DNA from: Lama glama
Lineage: Eukaryota
DNA: 64,000 nucleotides
Direction of reading: 5' to 3'
Assembly (NCBI GenBank): GCA_028534125.1
Contig: CM052816.1
Span: 85,996,001 to 86,060,000 of the forward strand
Position numbers and translations under genes: made by a program. Positions 25,545 through 37,979 of the stretch are shown here, in pieces (the stretch's first letter is position 1; each line of letters starts with the position of its first letter). Under the pieces are notes generated by a model. That model saw only the letters and a list, made by a program, of their open reading frames with translations, had not been told where the DNA came from and ran no database searches.

Positions 25545-26045
25545 TTATTTCAATTTTTTTAAGTTTACAGGTTTATTGAGGTATAATACCTAAAAATGCA
25601 TATATTTAATTAATACAATTTAATGAGTTCGGACATATACATACTCTCATATGATACCATCACCACAGTCAATGCAATAAACATTCATCACCTCTAAAAG
25701 TTTCCTTGTATCCTTTGCTTTTGTGTGTGGGGGATCAGTTAGAACACTCAGCATGAGATCTACTCTATTAATTTAAAGTGCATAAGTAAATTCTTATTTA
25801 CTATAGGCATTATGTTATACAAGAGAGCTTTAAAACTTGAAATTCATCTTGTATAACTATGACTTTATACCCATTAGGCATCAGCTTACCATTTCTTCCC
25901 CTTCCCATCCCCTGGCAAACACCATTCTGTTTTATGTTTCTGTAAGTATCACTGTTTTAGATATGTCATATACGTGGAATCATGCAGTATTTTTCCTTTT
26001 GTAACTGACTTGTTTCACTTAGCATAATGTCTTCCAGGTCCATGT
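25545..26045 (-). mobile_element. L1MA-type LINE-1 3' segment (ORF2 C-terminus, 3' UTR, poly-A)
   Basis: Minus strand from 26043 reads MDLEDIMLSETSQLQKEKYCMIPRI*, followed by 3' UTR and the T-run at about 25540-25560. Confidence 0.85.
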
Positions 26046-26047
26046 TA

Positions 26048-26545
26048 TACCAAAGGCAAAAGCAAGAAAAGCAAAAATAGGCAAATGGGACTAAATAAAA
26101 CTTAAAAGCTTCCGTACATCAGAGGAACCAATCAACAGAACTGAAAAAAGCAATCTACAGAATTGGAGAAAGTATTTGCAAATCATAAATCTAATAGCAG
26201 GTTAATTTTCAAAATATATAAGTATCTCCTAGAACTCAATAATAATCATCATCATCATCATCCAATTAAAAAAAAAGCAAAAGACCTGAATAGATTTTTC
26301 TCCAAAGAAGACACACAAATGGCCAATGGGTATATTAGATGGTACTATACATATCTAATCATCAAGGGAATGCAAATTAAAATCACAATCAATAAGATAT
26401 CACCTCACACAGGTTAGGATGGTTATTATCAAAAAAGGAAAAAGAAAGAAAAAGATAGCAGATGTTGGCAGAAACATAGAGAAATTGGTATCCTTGTCCA
26501 CTGTTGGTAGAAATATAAAGTGGTACGTTCACTGAGGACAAAGCT
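26048..26545 (+). mobile_element. LINE-1 ORF2 segment inverted relative to the adjacent 3' segment
   Basis: Plus strand reads PKAKARKAKIGKWD*IKLKSF... and EKVFANHKS...KKAKDLNRFFSKEDTQMAN (track ORF 26163..26417), i.e. decayed L1 ORF2. Confidence 0.9.
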
Positions 26546-27030
26546 TTTTTAAAAATTTTAAATTTTGAAATAAGTATAGATTCCTGGGAAGTTGTCAAAA
26601 ATATACAGGGATAGCCTATGTACTTTTCACCTAGTTTCCCAAAGTAATATCTTGCATAATTATGTCAGTATAACCAGAAAATTGTCATTGGTACAATACA
26701 CAGAGATTATTCAGATTTCACAAGTTTACATGCAATCATTTGTAAACACAAATATGTACATACAGTCCTATTTAATTTTATAGTATGTGTAGATTCATAC
26801 AACCACCACCACAATCGAGATACGAAGCTATTCCATTAACAGAAGATGCCCTCTTGCTTTCCTTTTTATTGCCACAACCTCCCACTTGCCCCCCATCCTT
26901 AACCTCTGGCAAACATTAATCTCTACATTTTTTTTATTTCAAAATGTTACATAAAAGAAATCAAACAGTACATAACATTTTGAGATTGGCTTTTTTCACT
27001 AAGTGAAATTCTCTTGAGTTAACACTGACT
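26546..27030 (-). mobile_element. L1MD-like LINE-1 3' end
   Basis: ttttgaaataagtatagattc...gaagttg...tcacctagtttccc...cagatttcacaagtt...accaccaccacaatcgagata...ttttgagattggcttttttcactaag. Confidence 0.8.
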
Positions 27031-27599
27031 TGTTGAAATTTTAGTTTCTATGTTGGCATTTGCCAAACCATGACACAGTGCAGGATGCTGAGAATTAAAA
27101 TTTTGTTCAGGAAGAGAACTGAAGAGGGAGTAAGTAAACAGCAGAGCATTTTGTAGCCAAATAAAAATAGAGAGGTAAAATTAGATCCTATGAGGGATAA
27201 GATCCTGATAGAAGTAGTGGATAAGAATAGCCTGCTATAGCCGGTTTTCCCCTCCAGGTTTGCTGAAATTGTGTGGGGTACAAGAAGAAGCAGCTATGTA
27301 GAGAGCTCCTGGAAATTAGAGCAAGTAGTCAGCAGGCAGTAGTCTAGCAGGTCTGAGGAAACGTGTTAGAATGTAAGACTATCCAGAGATAAGCAGAGAG
27401 TCGATAGCAAATATACAAACCTTCTAGTGAAGGCCATGAGAGCCAAACCTAGGAGCAGAAGCAAAAAGAAGTTGAGAAGTTGAGATTGACTTACCAAAGG
27501 CAGAATCTAGGTTTGACTAAATTCTGTTTATAACTGAATAGTGATCAGTCCTCACTCAACCTGTACAGCAGAATAAAAATGTGAATAAATATAATTTTT

Positions 27600-28085
27600 A
27601 ATTTCCAACATCAATTAAAAAAAATTACTAGTTATGCTAAGAGTAAGAACCATATTCCTAAAAAAAAAAGATAAAAAGAAATAGAAGCAGTTGCTGTAGA
27701 TTTTGAAGTTAGCAGATAAGATCATAATGTATTTAATGTAATTCAGTTAAAAGTTGTAGTGTTAAATCATTGAAGTGATTACAATGATGAAAAAATATGA
27801 CTGTTGAGAGAATAAATTCTCCTGGATAATTACAGTCTATATAAAATAAATGGAAATCCTAGACTCAAAATATGAGAATGGAAATGAAATTAAAATTAAA
27901 AAGATTTTCCAAGCAAATTATATACAAAGAAATTGATAAATGATAAACTGCTGGTTATGCTGACAAAGAAAAATAGAGAGAGCACAAATAGCCAATATCA
28001 AAAATTAAATGGAACCTCATTATATAAAGATCTATAGATTTTATAACTTAAAAAGTAGATGTACAAAACAAATTATTAAAAAAAA
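27600..28085 (+). mobile_element. Degraded L1 ORF1/ORF2 fragments
   Basis: gataaactgctggttatgctgacaaagaaaaatagagagagcacaaatagccaatatc resembles the ORF2 segment DKPLARLTKKKRERTQITNI. Confidence 0.55.
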
Positions 28086-28119
28086 TCTAGCCATGGATAA
28101 GCAACCCCTCTTCATTTAC

Positions 28120-28810
28120 CATGCCACTCCAATCTGACTTTCACCTTTTATTTCATATTCCCCACCATTTTTTTGAAATCAGTGTCTCTAAAGCATTGGT
28201 GACACAAATTGTGACCAGATCAAAGTGACAGATTTTTATCCTTAGATTAGTAGGTCTTTAAAACACGTTCAATAGATCTAATCATTTTTTCTTCTCTAAA
28301 GTACCTTCTTCCTGTGACTTTCTTGAAACCCTTGTTCAACTCTGGCTTACTCTTCTTAATTTCGTTCCAAGACATCTGTTTTTATCTAATTTCTAAATAT
28401 GGAATTTTCTCAAAACGAGTGTGTTCTCTACAAATTCCTCTTTGTGAATATTAATCTATCAGCATATTCATGACACTTGGTTTTATCTACATCCTAGATA
28501 TGCTTTTCCAAAATTCAGACATATATACTAAATTTCACCATGAATACATGGAGGTAGATGTGTTGCATGATCTCCATACAATTGTGTTTATAACTGAACA
28601 TGTTATCTTCCTTCTCCAAATCTGTTCAGTCTTCCATCTTCCCCACCAACTCACTGATTGACTGAAATGCTAAAGTCAGGATCTGATTTCTCCCTTTTTC
28701 CTCACCTTTCATGGCTAATCTGCTAACAAAAATACTAAAAAAAAAAATCCTCAAATCTACCCTTTTACTTGTTTTCTAGTAACACAACTCTTGTTTATGT
28801 AACAATGTCT
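28120..28810 (+). mobile_element. L2 LINE fragment
   Basis: ccactccaatctgactttcacc..., gtaccttcttcctgtgactttcttga..., atcttccttctccaaatctgttc: pyrimidine-rich sense-strand L2. Confidence 0.6.
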
Positions 28811-29265
28811 AACATCATCCCTTATCCTTTCCCCTCTTCCTAATCATATATTGCTCTTTCCCTTGGTCATCATTTATTGTGTAAGTGCTGTAATTTTTGT
28901 TACAGAATTCTAAAATATGTTCCTATACCATTAATTCTTGTTATAAAAAAATGAAACCATTTTTAATTTCTTCCCTCATTTGAAGGTGGGGAATTTAACT
29001 GAGAAACCATCTCCCTTCTCCATCTTCTCTTTATAAATTTTATTGGTATAAATGTAATTTTAATTCCTCTTGGTTTGTTATTTGATTATAAACTCTATAA
29101 ATAAAACCTCTGCTTCAATATCCTTAAATTCTAAAACTCAACTTTTGATTTCTATACTATAGGATAAGATAATGCAAAGCCTTATATTCCTGGTTGATTT
29201 TTTTTTTTTAATCACACTCTGCCCGTAAATACATCTACATTCTCAGTGTATTTAAAAGTTGCCTT

Positions 29266-29471
29266 GGGGGAGGTATAGCTCAAAGGGTAGAGTGCATGCT
29301 TAGCATGCATGAGGTCCTGGGTTCAATCCCAATACTGCCATTAGATAAATAAACAAACAAACAAGCAAACCTAATTACCTCCCTCCCCCTCCAAAATAAT
29401 TAAGTAAATAAAATGTATTTATAAATAAATAAATAAATAAATAAATACATAAATAAATAAATAAATAAAAT
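29266..29471 (+). mobile_element. tRNA-Ala(AGC)-derived SINE of camelid type (Vic-1-like)
   Basis: Head GGGGGAGGTATAGCTCAAAGGGTAGAGTGCATGCTTAGCATGCATGAGGTCCTGGGTTCAATCCC has A box, B box and AGC anticodon loop. Body aaacctaattacctccc, (TAAA)n tail. Perfect TSD aaaagttgcctt (29254-29265 / 29472-29483) at a TT|AAAA site. Confidence 0.92.
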
Positions 29472-29499
29472 AAAAGTTGCCTTACTAGGAAAAAATTAG

Positions 29500-31700
29500 T
29501 TAATTGTGAGTTAATACTTAACACATGAGTGGGAAAATTTAATAAATATTCAAAATTCAGTAACACAATAAAAAGATTCACAAATTTGGTTATATTAAAC
29601 ATTGAATATCAAAACACCATAAGGAAACAAATGAAAAACTTCAAAATAACACTGCAGCTTATTTAAAAGAAAGTGATTTCTTAAATTTCTAAAGGGCTTT
29701 GAAAATTGATATTTAAAAGAGCTTAAGAGGACAAAAAACCCAATCCTGTGAATATTAAATGCCACAAAAAAACTACCAATGAAATGACTCTTATACATGT
29801 AACAAGAATGTCCACCTCACTAGTAATAAGAAAAAACAAAACAAAACTTAATTGAAATGACATTCATTATCTCTCATATTGGTAAAAATCTAAAAATTGG
29901 ATTATACATTCACTTGGCAAGGTGTATATCACAGAGACTTTATATATTATTTGAGGGAATTCAAACTGGTATCACTGTGGGGAATTTGGCAGTATTTATC
30001 CAGATTGCATTTTCTTTTACCCTTTGAACCAGCAATTCTATTTCTAGGAATCTATTCAAAGACAAAACTGTAGAAGATATAAAATGATTTGTAGACAAGG
30101 TCGTTCATTTTAGCATTATTTGAAATAGTTAAAAGACCAGAAATAACTTAAAAGCACTTTAGGTTAACTGGTTGGAAAAATTATGTTGCTAGGAAACTGG
30201 TCAAATAAACTGTGAAAAATCACCTAGAAGAATGTTATGCCATTAGAAAGTAGAATGAAGAACTCTATAATTTGCTAAGTAGTTATCTCCAAAGAACATT
30301 GTTAAATGAAGAATGCAGTGTGGATAAAAGTATGTATAGTGTGCTATCTTTTTTAGTATCAAAGAGAAAGAATACAGAAATATATGAACATGTGTTAACA
30401 TTTTAAAAGGAAGAAATGGAAAGATGCATGAAACCTCAATAAAAACAATTACTTCTAGGAGCAAGGAGAAAATGGATAGTAGGAAAGAGAGATCAATAAT
30501 ATTATTTCAAAATACCACTTCCTTTAGTATGATTTCATATATGTGTGTGTGTTTCTGTGTGTGGGTTTGTTAATATCATTAGGAAGATTGTCCACATAAG
30601 TTAAAATATACACATATAAAAGGAGTTAAATAATAGTCTTCAAATGCTAATTTATTTTGGAAGTCTATATTCAAGTGCGTATTTTTTTCTCTAATTTTAA
30701 GAAATGTGTCATTCCCTAGTTTTGTTCATTGAAAACCCCTACAAATATGGAATAACCCCAGTAAAAAATTACTGCTATTTTCCAGATATTTTTCCATAAG
30801 TACTATTTCTTACTGAAGTGATCCAGAGTTCCTTGCAGGAATTGCTAATGCAGCTTCATGCCTTGTAATATCTTGCCATGCTTGAAAGCAAAAGATTATC
30901 AACAAATATGAGGTTTTGGGCATAAGACATATGAGCCTACATAAAGCAGGTCTCAGTTTGCAAGGATGGAACAATTTGACCATAGAGAAGAAAAATAAAA
31001 ATAGTGAATTTAATAAACTTAAATATGTAATTATTCATGAGTTCATAATAACACTTCTAAAAATATTACCTGTGGGAGTTTGTTAGAGTGCCAACTCATT
31101 ATTCTGAAAATTAAGAAAGAATCAAGCATTTGCCTATCTTTTGCCCTGTTTCACAATAGTTGGTGAGGATTTTTTTTAACAGAGAAATCACAAGTAACAA
31201 ATGCAGAAGGAATACCAGAATTAGAAAGTTAACATGTTTCAACACTAATGAATTTGTAATTCCAGGCAATATGCATCAATGACTGTCTTAACCACTCATT
31301 GAAAGGTTGGCACAGTGACACTACATGAAATCATTAATCAGTCTTAATATCACTAGAGGAGGAATAAATAAAAAGTTTGTGCCTCTTGATATACTGCAGC
31401 AGAACACAGAATCACTGAAGTTCTCTAATGAAAATGACAAAAACAAAAGCAGTACTTGGATCTAATCAAGTTTCTACAAAACTATCAGTTAACAGAAATA
31501 TAGATGACTGGGAACATCCTAAATTACATGATAAAAAAGAGAATTCTAGATTGTGGAAGAGCACTTACAAACATATTTACAAACATATTCAATTCTTTAC
31601 GAAATAAATGGAATAGGAAGAACATGTAATGGGAAGAGAAATTGAGAACTGTTGTAAAGTAATGAGGTCTAAAAGATATTAATTAAATATAAGGTGTTCT
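29500..31700 (+). mobile_element. Old L1 (L1MC4/L1ME-like) ORF2 3' part and 3' UTR
   Basis: ccctttgaaccagcaattctatttctaggaatctatt (PFDPAIPLLGIY-like). Long L1MC-type 3' UTR including gtgccaactcattattctgaaaatt and aaatgcagaaggaataccagaattagaaa. Confidence 0.75.
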
Positions 31701-31729
31701 TTTTCTATTCTTTTCTTTTTTTTTTTTTG

Positions 31730-31997
31730 CCTGTCATCTCATGATAGCAAGATAGCTGTCTACTGCTACTCCAGAGTCACATGTAATATGGAGGCTTGAA
31801 GTATAGGAAGTGAGGGGGAAAAAATGGCAGCATCAAATGAGAAGAAAAAAAAATCTTTCCTGTGTCCATTGTCCAGAACTGTATCACAGTCAAATAGTTC
31901 CTTTATCTGAAAGACAGTCTAACAAAGTAAATATTTTAGCAGGAAAAAAACAAATGGGAAATGGATTTTGTGTAGGTAACTAGCAGTATTCAGCACA
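31730..31997 (-). mobile_element. Old MaLR LTR fragment (MLT1J/K-like)
   Basis: ctcatgatagcaagatagctg...tccattgtccagaactgtatcaca...ggtaactagcagtattcagcaca. Confidence 0.45.
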
Positions 31998-33028
31998 CCT
32001 GTGTTGTGCTTAATGCTGGGACAATATAAAGCTAAAAAGGGTGCAGTTCCTTTGTGAACTGAATTGAGAGTTGAGTTAGTCCCTCCCCTTCTGTTTTTGT
32101 GTTCCACCATACTACATTTCAACTATTATTAACTACTTGTCAATATAATCACATCTTTTCATAATAATTTCTTTCCATATTTTTCTCCTTGACTAGACTG
32201 TGGAAAAAGGAAGGAATTGTACCTTTTTTAGCTTTGTATAAGCTGTTTTTTTAGAATCCTGTTTTGAACAAACAATGGTTATAAATTTTAGGGACCAGTT
32301 GACTTGAGGTAAAATAAAAAGAGTGTTTCTCTAGGATGACAACATTCACTCTAAACGCACTACCTTATTCAAAACAGTTTGCTGACTACTTTTGTGGAAG
32401 TTTTTATCTTAAACATAACTTTATTTTTGGCGGTTATTTAAAGCAGTCGCCTTAATTTCAGGCCTTCCTTCTCTTCATACTCTCCATAGTGCTTGAGATT
32501 TGAGACTTTTGCTGTGAAACAGAACTCTTAGCACCCTGTGAACTTCTCTCATGGATATCCTACCGCGGTTTACTCATCAGTCTGACGCAGCTCTTCTCAG
32601 AAGCTTGTGAACATCTTTGTTCCACTGGTGTCTCCTATTTCTCTCAGAGATTTTGGAAATATAATTCCTAAGAAGCTTAAATTTATAACATCAACTGAAA
32701 GAGAAATGGCACGAAAGAGTTGTATTTCATCTACCATGCTTAAACCAAAGTGTAATTCAGTAATATTTCCATCTAGTTTCGTGTTTATTAAACCCTTCCA
32801 CAAGTGTATATATAAGTCACTTATCCATCTGCACAAGTGTTCTTTTGTTTCAATTTTGTCTTTTTAATTTTCCATTTTTCAATTTTCTAAAAAGCAAAGG
32901 CATATCTTCTTTCAGTAATAGTTCTTGCAGAGTCTTCGAAGATGGTTGTCATCAACATATTTCTTCTCTGTATATGCGTGCCCTCACACCAAGAAGCATT
33001 TGCTTTCTCCATTTTAAAAATCAACTGG

Positions 33029-33063
<35 letters not shown>

Positions 33064-33067
33064 TAAT
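33029..33067 (+). repeat. (ATA)n microsatellite flanked by a 13-bp direct repeat
   Basis: aaaaatcaactgg occurs at 33016-33028 and 33068-33080. Confidence 0.9.
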
Positions 33068-33149
33068 AAAAATCAACTGGGTGTAAGAAATCTAAATACC
33101 CTTGCTGTGAGCTAGGTCAGTCAAACCACCTCATGATAAAGTCAGTCAC

Positions 33150-33284
33150 TGAGAAAAAGAGAAAGGGGAAGGTAGGGGATGGAAGGAAAGAGGAAGGGAG
33201 GGGAGAGGAAAGGAAAGGGAAGAGAAAAGGAGAAAAGAGAGAGAAGGGAAGAGAAAAAGGAAGAGAGAAGGGAACAGAAGAGGG
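33150..33284. repeat. GA-rich low-complexity polypurine tract
   Basis: gagaaaaagagaaaggggaagg...gagaagggaacagaagaggg. Confidence 0.9.
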
Positions 33285-33739
33285 ACCTGACTAACCCCAC
33301 CCATATCTGCCATTCTGCATCAGGCATGGGAGGGGAGAAGTTACCTGGGATATTCCAGCCTTAGCTGTTACCATGAGGAACAGATACAAGCCATTTGTGC
33401 CCAGCAAAGATTGCAGGATCTGAAAAATAATAACATTATTATTTGTATTCTAGGGAGCTTCATGACATAATAAGACAACTGAAGAGTAAGATTTTTTTTT
33501 CAACAATAGCTATTACTATTAATTCCAGAATAATATTGAAAAATAAGGATGACAGTAATTTTTCTTTGTCTTATTTCTGAAATAAATTGAAATGCTCCTG
33601 GCATTTGTCCATTAAGTACTATTCTGGCTTTGGTATTAAATTATGTAACTTAAAATATTTATTCCACAAATATTTAATGAAAGCTTGCTACATGTCAGGT
33701 CCTCTTATATGCTTAGAATATATTGCAGTTATAACAGAT

Positions 33740-34180
33740 ATTTAGTTTACATTCCTCAAAAGGGAAAACCTAAGACAACAATTTGGATGCAGATAATTTG
33801 TTTGGAAAATAATCTCAAGAAACAGGAGTAATGGAGAAGTGAGAATGAAATAAATAAGAAAGAAAAACAGATAAAGGGTGTGTTATCAAGGTCACTGATT
33901 CTGCCAGGACCAGAGGCAGAGGATAGACTTTTCCCCCCTGTCTTTCATTTTCCATTGTCTGTAGATTGCCTCTGGGGGCTTTAACTTTACTGTATTTAAG
34001 GACCATGTTATCAGTAAGGTATTATCAGCTCTGGAAAAGACCCTGAGGACAAAAGCAAGGAAACTTTTGTTTTGATCTCCAAGTGATAAACATGAGTTTG
34101 AGCTCCCCATTAAATGTCTGCCACCATTGTGGCTGAAATTACAAGTGAACCAAAAGGCAGTGATTATGAATGACAAGGGT
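33740..34180 (-). mobile_element. ERVL LTR (LTR33/LTR41-group-like), probable 3' LTR of the adjacent ERVL
   Basis: attcctcaaaagggaaaacctaagacaacaatttggatgcagataatttgtttggaaaataatctcaagaaac... follows the antisense LTR33-type U5/R layout. Confidence 0.55.
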
Positions 34181-34399
34181 ATGTTGGCTCTCGTTGTTTA
34201 ACTTTGCTCTTAAGTACATTAAATTCCACTCTTTTACTGATATTTAAATTGGTGACTGGCTTTAACTTCTGAAAATACTAGAATATCACAGAGAAAAATG
34301 CAGTATCTACTGATGTAACTAGCTCTGAGACAGAACTGATAATCTGCTATCTTCTTCCCACCATGTTTCCTACTCTTCCAAATACTTGGCCAGCATAAC

Positions 34400-37300
34400 A
34401 GTTGTCCTACATTTCCTATATGGTGAAATAAACCAGGCATGGTTGCCTTGTTCTTACCAATTGTTGATGCTATAATTGCTTATTTAATCTTAGCACCACA
34501 AACACATCAGTTAATCCCCTAAATTCTAGACTACTGACCTGCTTTGATTCTACAGAATCATTGCTAGAGAAAATTGATCATCTTAACTCTTCATCATAAT
34601 GAAGATCAATTTTCTCTTCCAGTAGAATTCCTTCTTTTGATTCAAGTCCATTGGCATAAGAAACCTAATGCTAAGATTGGCCATTCTTATTTTTGCCTCT
34701 GGGTTTCTCAAACTGTAATAACTATCCATTGTTTAGCATATTGTATCATAGAGACTAGCACCCCAAAACTGTAGTGTGCCTTCCGTAAGCTGGCATATCA
34801 TCTGAACCTTTCTTTAATAGACCATTCAATTATTCTGTTAAGCCAACTGTTTCTGAGAAATACAATATATGGTTGGAACAGAGGCTACCACATTATATGC
34901 TCATTGTCTCACATTTTCTACCTTAAAATCCATCCCTTGGCTGTAAGTGATGCTATGTGGGATATTATATGTTGCTAAATTAAGCTTTCAGTAAGCCCTC
35001 AGATCATGGTGTAAGCAAAGGCAATGTGAGCAAAGAAACATAAACACATTTCTGAAATAAGAATCAGTTTCAGTAAAGATGAATCACTACCCCTTCCAGG
35101 ATTAAAATCATCCAATAACTGACTTGACTCTTAAATGGTTGGTTGCTTTCATATAAGGAATTAAAAAACTATCAAAAGCTTAGTTCTAATCTCTACAGTT
35201 GACATAATGGGCATTTAGTGTCAATTGTAAATAGATTATTCCTGACAGAAGAAAACCATGCTATGACTCACATATATATAGCCCCATCTATGCTATAGGG
35301 GTGGATGTGTCCTGTGAGTCCATTGCATGAGCACTGAAATGGCTGAAAGCACAGGCTGATATCCCCCGAACAAATTAATCTGTTCTACCAGTGATGAAAT
35401 CTTCCTGATGACCAATATTATGTTTGATCTCAGGCAAGCATTTAAAGTAAAAGAAAACCAAAACAATATATTTGCACACTCCTAGGTCTACCCACATGTC
35501 CCTTCTTCAAATATCTGATCTTTAAACTTACTTCTTTCAGGCCTCTGTGCATTCATCCCTACCATTCATCCCAGCATTAATCCCTAACAAGGAGTTTAAA
35601 TATATTATTACTCAAAGAAGTGTCTCTCTCCATACAAATGGGCACCCAAATGTGATGCTCATAGCTCAGCCCCCTGGGAGGATTTCCCTTTCACTAAAAT
35701 CCGTTAAGACCAGCTCTCCTTATGGTTGTGTGTTCCAGCAGTGCATTTAGTGCAGTCCATAGATAAATATGCTAACATTATTATTTAGCACTAACATATT
35801 CAATCAACCCATCCATAAATCAAATATGAAATTTTTCCTTATCTATCAGTTGATCATAAAGAACCCTCCATGGAGTCATGAATGTGAGCCAAGTAAGAGA
35901 TACTAATGCAACAAGGGTAGATGACGTGTCGTCCTGGGCTGCATATACCCTCTGGATGTGCCTTGGCCAGATCTCACAAGCATTGTTTTCATTATGAGCT
36001 AGATTACTTCTGAGTGCGTGATTGAAGCTCTTTGTCACCTAATCTCTTGATGTTCCAAGATCCAGCTTTCAGCCACTACTAGGGTCTGAATCAGCATTTC
36101 AAACAAGTAATTTTCTGTTGCAGAAGGCATGGTTTGACTCAGAATCTTGGTAGTTTGCATCCCAGCTCTCCAACATGAAGTTCCGCAGAGGTACCATAGA
36201 TATTTCTACTATATTCTACTATATTTCTATTATATTCTACTAATATAGCCTAAGAATCAGAGCACCATGCATCGTAGCCCGTATCTGCTGCAAAGTCCTC
36301 TTTTTTCCCATGGACCCACTTAAGAAAGCAGCCTTCTAAATCACCTAATATGAGTCTGGGCAGTATTCCCCAAAGCTATGAATGACACCGCCATTAGCTG
36401 AAGATGCTGACACAATGCTGTGCCCCTTTCTTAGTTGTAGGATGTGCAAGGTACATAGTATGTCCTTTATTTTAGAAGAGATGTCTCAGTACATCATAGA
36501 TCTTTGAACCCTGGAGTTTTCCTCTCACATATGTTAGGCTTGTATTTGCTTAGACATCCAGGTTACTTGTCACTTTATATTCATCAGATTCAATTAGCAG
36601 ATTGCCATCAATTTAATGGACCATCATATTTTTTCAGAATGTAAAGATAATCAAGGTCTCAATGGACTGTATCTAGAAGCAGGAGAATTTACATAGAGTT
36701 GGTATATGAGAGAAAGCATGCGTTTTGTCCTTCCCATCACTGTGAAGGTTTTTTTAATCTTATTTATTGATGGAGGTTGAAAACAACATATTCTCCAGTC
36801 TATAGCCACATACAAAGTATCAAAATCAATCTGTTTTGATAAAAATCCCACACCCAGCATAACAACTCTAAGTAAGACTCTCCCTTGGTTAAGTTTACAG
36901 CGGTCCAGCCATTCTGCAGAGACCTTATAGGTAAATCGAACAGAGAAATGAAGGGGCCTACAACCCTACATTCATTCATTGTTTGAGAATGGTGCTAATT
37001 TCTGCAATTTAACCCTGGGATTTTTCTGTCTTGGCTAATGAAGGGGGCAGCTTCAGGGCTTTATATTTGGCAATACTTAACGCACAAGTCAGGAAACCAA
37101 CGTGCAGACTCTTCCAGCTGTTAAGTACATCCATCCAGCTATGCACTCAGGGTCTGGCGAGATAACTATGGTCTGGAATCCAAATTCAACTAAGTGTCCA
37201 TTAAGTACCTGTCCTTCATAAGCTCCCAATCTAACTGGGGAGGAAATCTCAGTATGTTGAATCAATATAAACTCAAACCTCAAATTTAGCACCTCAAAAG

Positions 37301-37950
37301 TTCTTGATAGTTTTCTTTCTCCAGTAAAGTAAAGGCACTTAGGTGAAGGGCCACAGGTTCTTCTGGTAAAGATTTGCTTAATGTTTATTGTTTGAATCGC
37401 AAAACCACTCTAGAGTCCTTCCTGGAGGTTATCTAGCTTCCACTTCAACAGGTGGGCTCTGGTTCAGAAAATGAGCTGAGACTTGGAAAGTGGGTGAGAG
37501 ATGGTGTTTTTCCTTTTTTTTTCCCTTTTTCCACTATGACAGTTAATGTTAGTCTTCTATTTGCCAGCTCATGATTTTATCTGGTTGTGCAACCAGAAAT
37601 ATCCTGGTTGGCTATCCAACTATTTTACCCCAAGGAAAATCAATCTATTATATTACCACCAATCCTAACAGAAAAGGTATTCTACCTTTTACTCGGGCCT
37701 TGCTGCCCCTAGAGTTAGTATCTACGTCCATTCCACCTTTGATGACTGAGTGTAAACTATGGAACTGAGCTGTTCAAGAATCTTATAGTCCCATTATCCC
37801 TTGGCATGCTAGTTTCATGGTAGTATTTCTTACCATCAACTCTGGATTAATCATGATGAAAATCATTGAACCATTGAATCTCCTCATTAAGAGTGCATTT
37901 GTATAGCCTTAATGAAAGGAATAGGGTCTTCACCTCATCTATTAAAGACC
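34400..37950 (-). mobile_element. Decayed ERVL internal region (gag-protease-RT-RNaseH-integrase remnants)
   Basis: Minus-strand motifs: protease SPVRLGAYEGQVLNG...VISPDPECI (ORF 37089..37292); RT YVNSPA (about 36678-36695) and VH*IDGNLL (about 36598-36625, from VHYIDD); PWRVLYDQLIDKEK before RNase H (ORF 35820..36038); integrase ETVGLTE*LNGLLK (about 34812-34855). Confidence 0.85.
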
Positions 37951-37979
37951 ATCCTTTTGTCTACGTAGTCATCAACTGA

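Larger units (their letters stand above)
32926..33485 (+). mobile_element. MaLR LTR (MLT1H-like) interrupted by (ATA)n and a GA-rich tract
   Basis: gaagatggttgtcatcaac 5' part; caggcatgggaggggagaag...gatattccagcc; cccagcaaagattgcaggatc; ends ataagacaactgaaga. Confidence 0.55.

Noticed and set aside
26163..26417. ORF with a poly-His run
   Set aside because: It is an L1 ORF2 remnant; the NNNHHHHH run comes from a small (AAT)/(CAT) repeat.
29266..29340. Functional tRNA-Ala(AGC) gene
   Set aside because: The acceptor stem is imperfect, and the head continues into a SINE body and (TAAA)n tail bounded by a TSD.
32597..32867. Overlapping 79-aa and 86-aa ORFs on opposite strands as a coding exon or viral insert
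   Set aside because: No recognisable homology or splice structure; the lengths are within chance expectation.
33142..33364. Charged (K/E/R) or S/L/F-rich ORFs
   Set aside because: They are translations of a GA-rich low-complexity tract.
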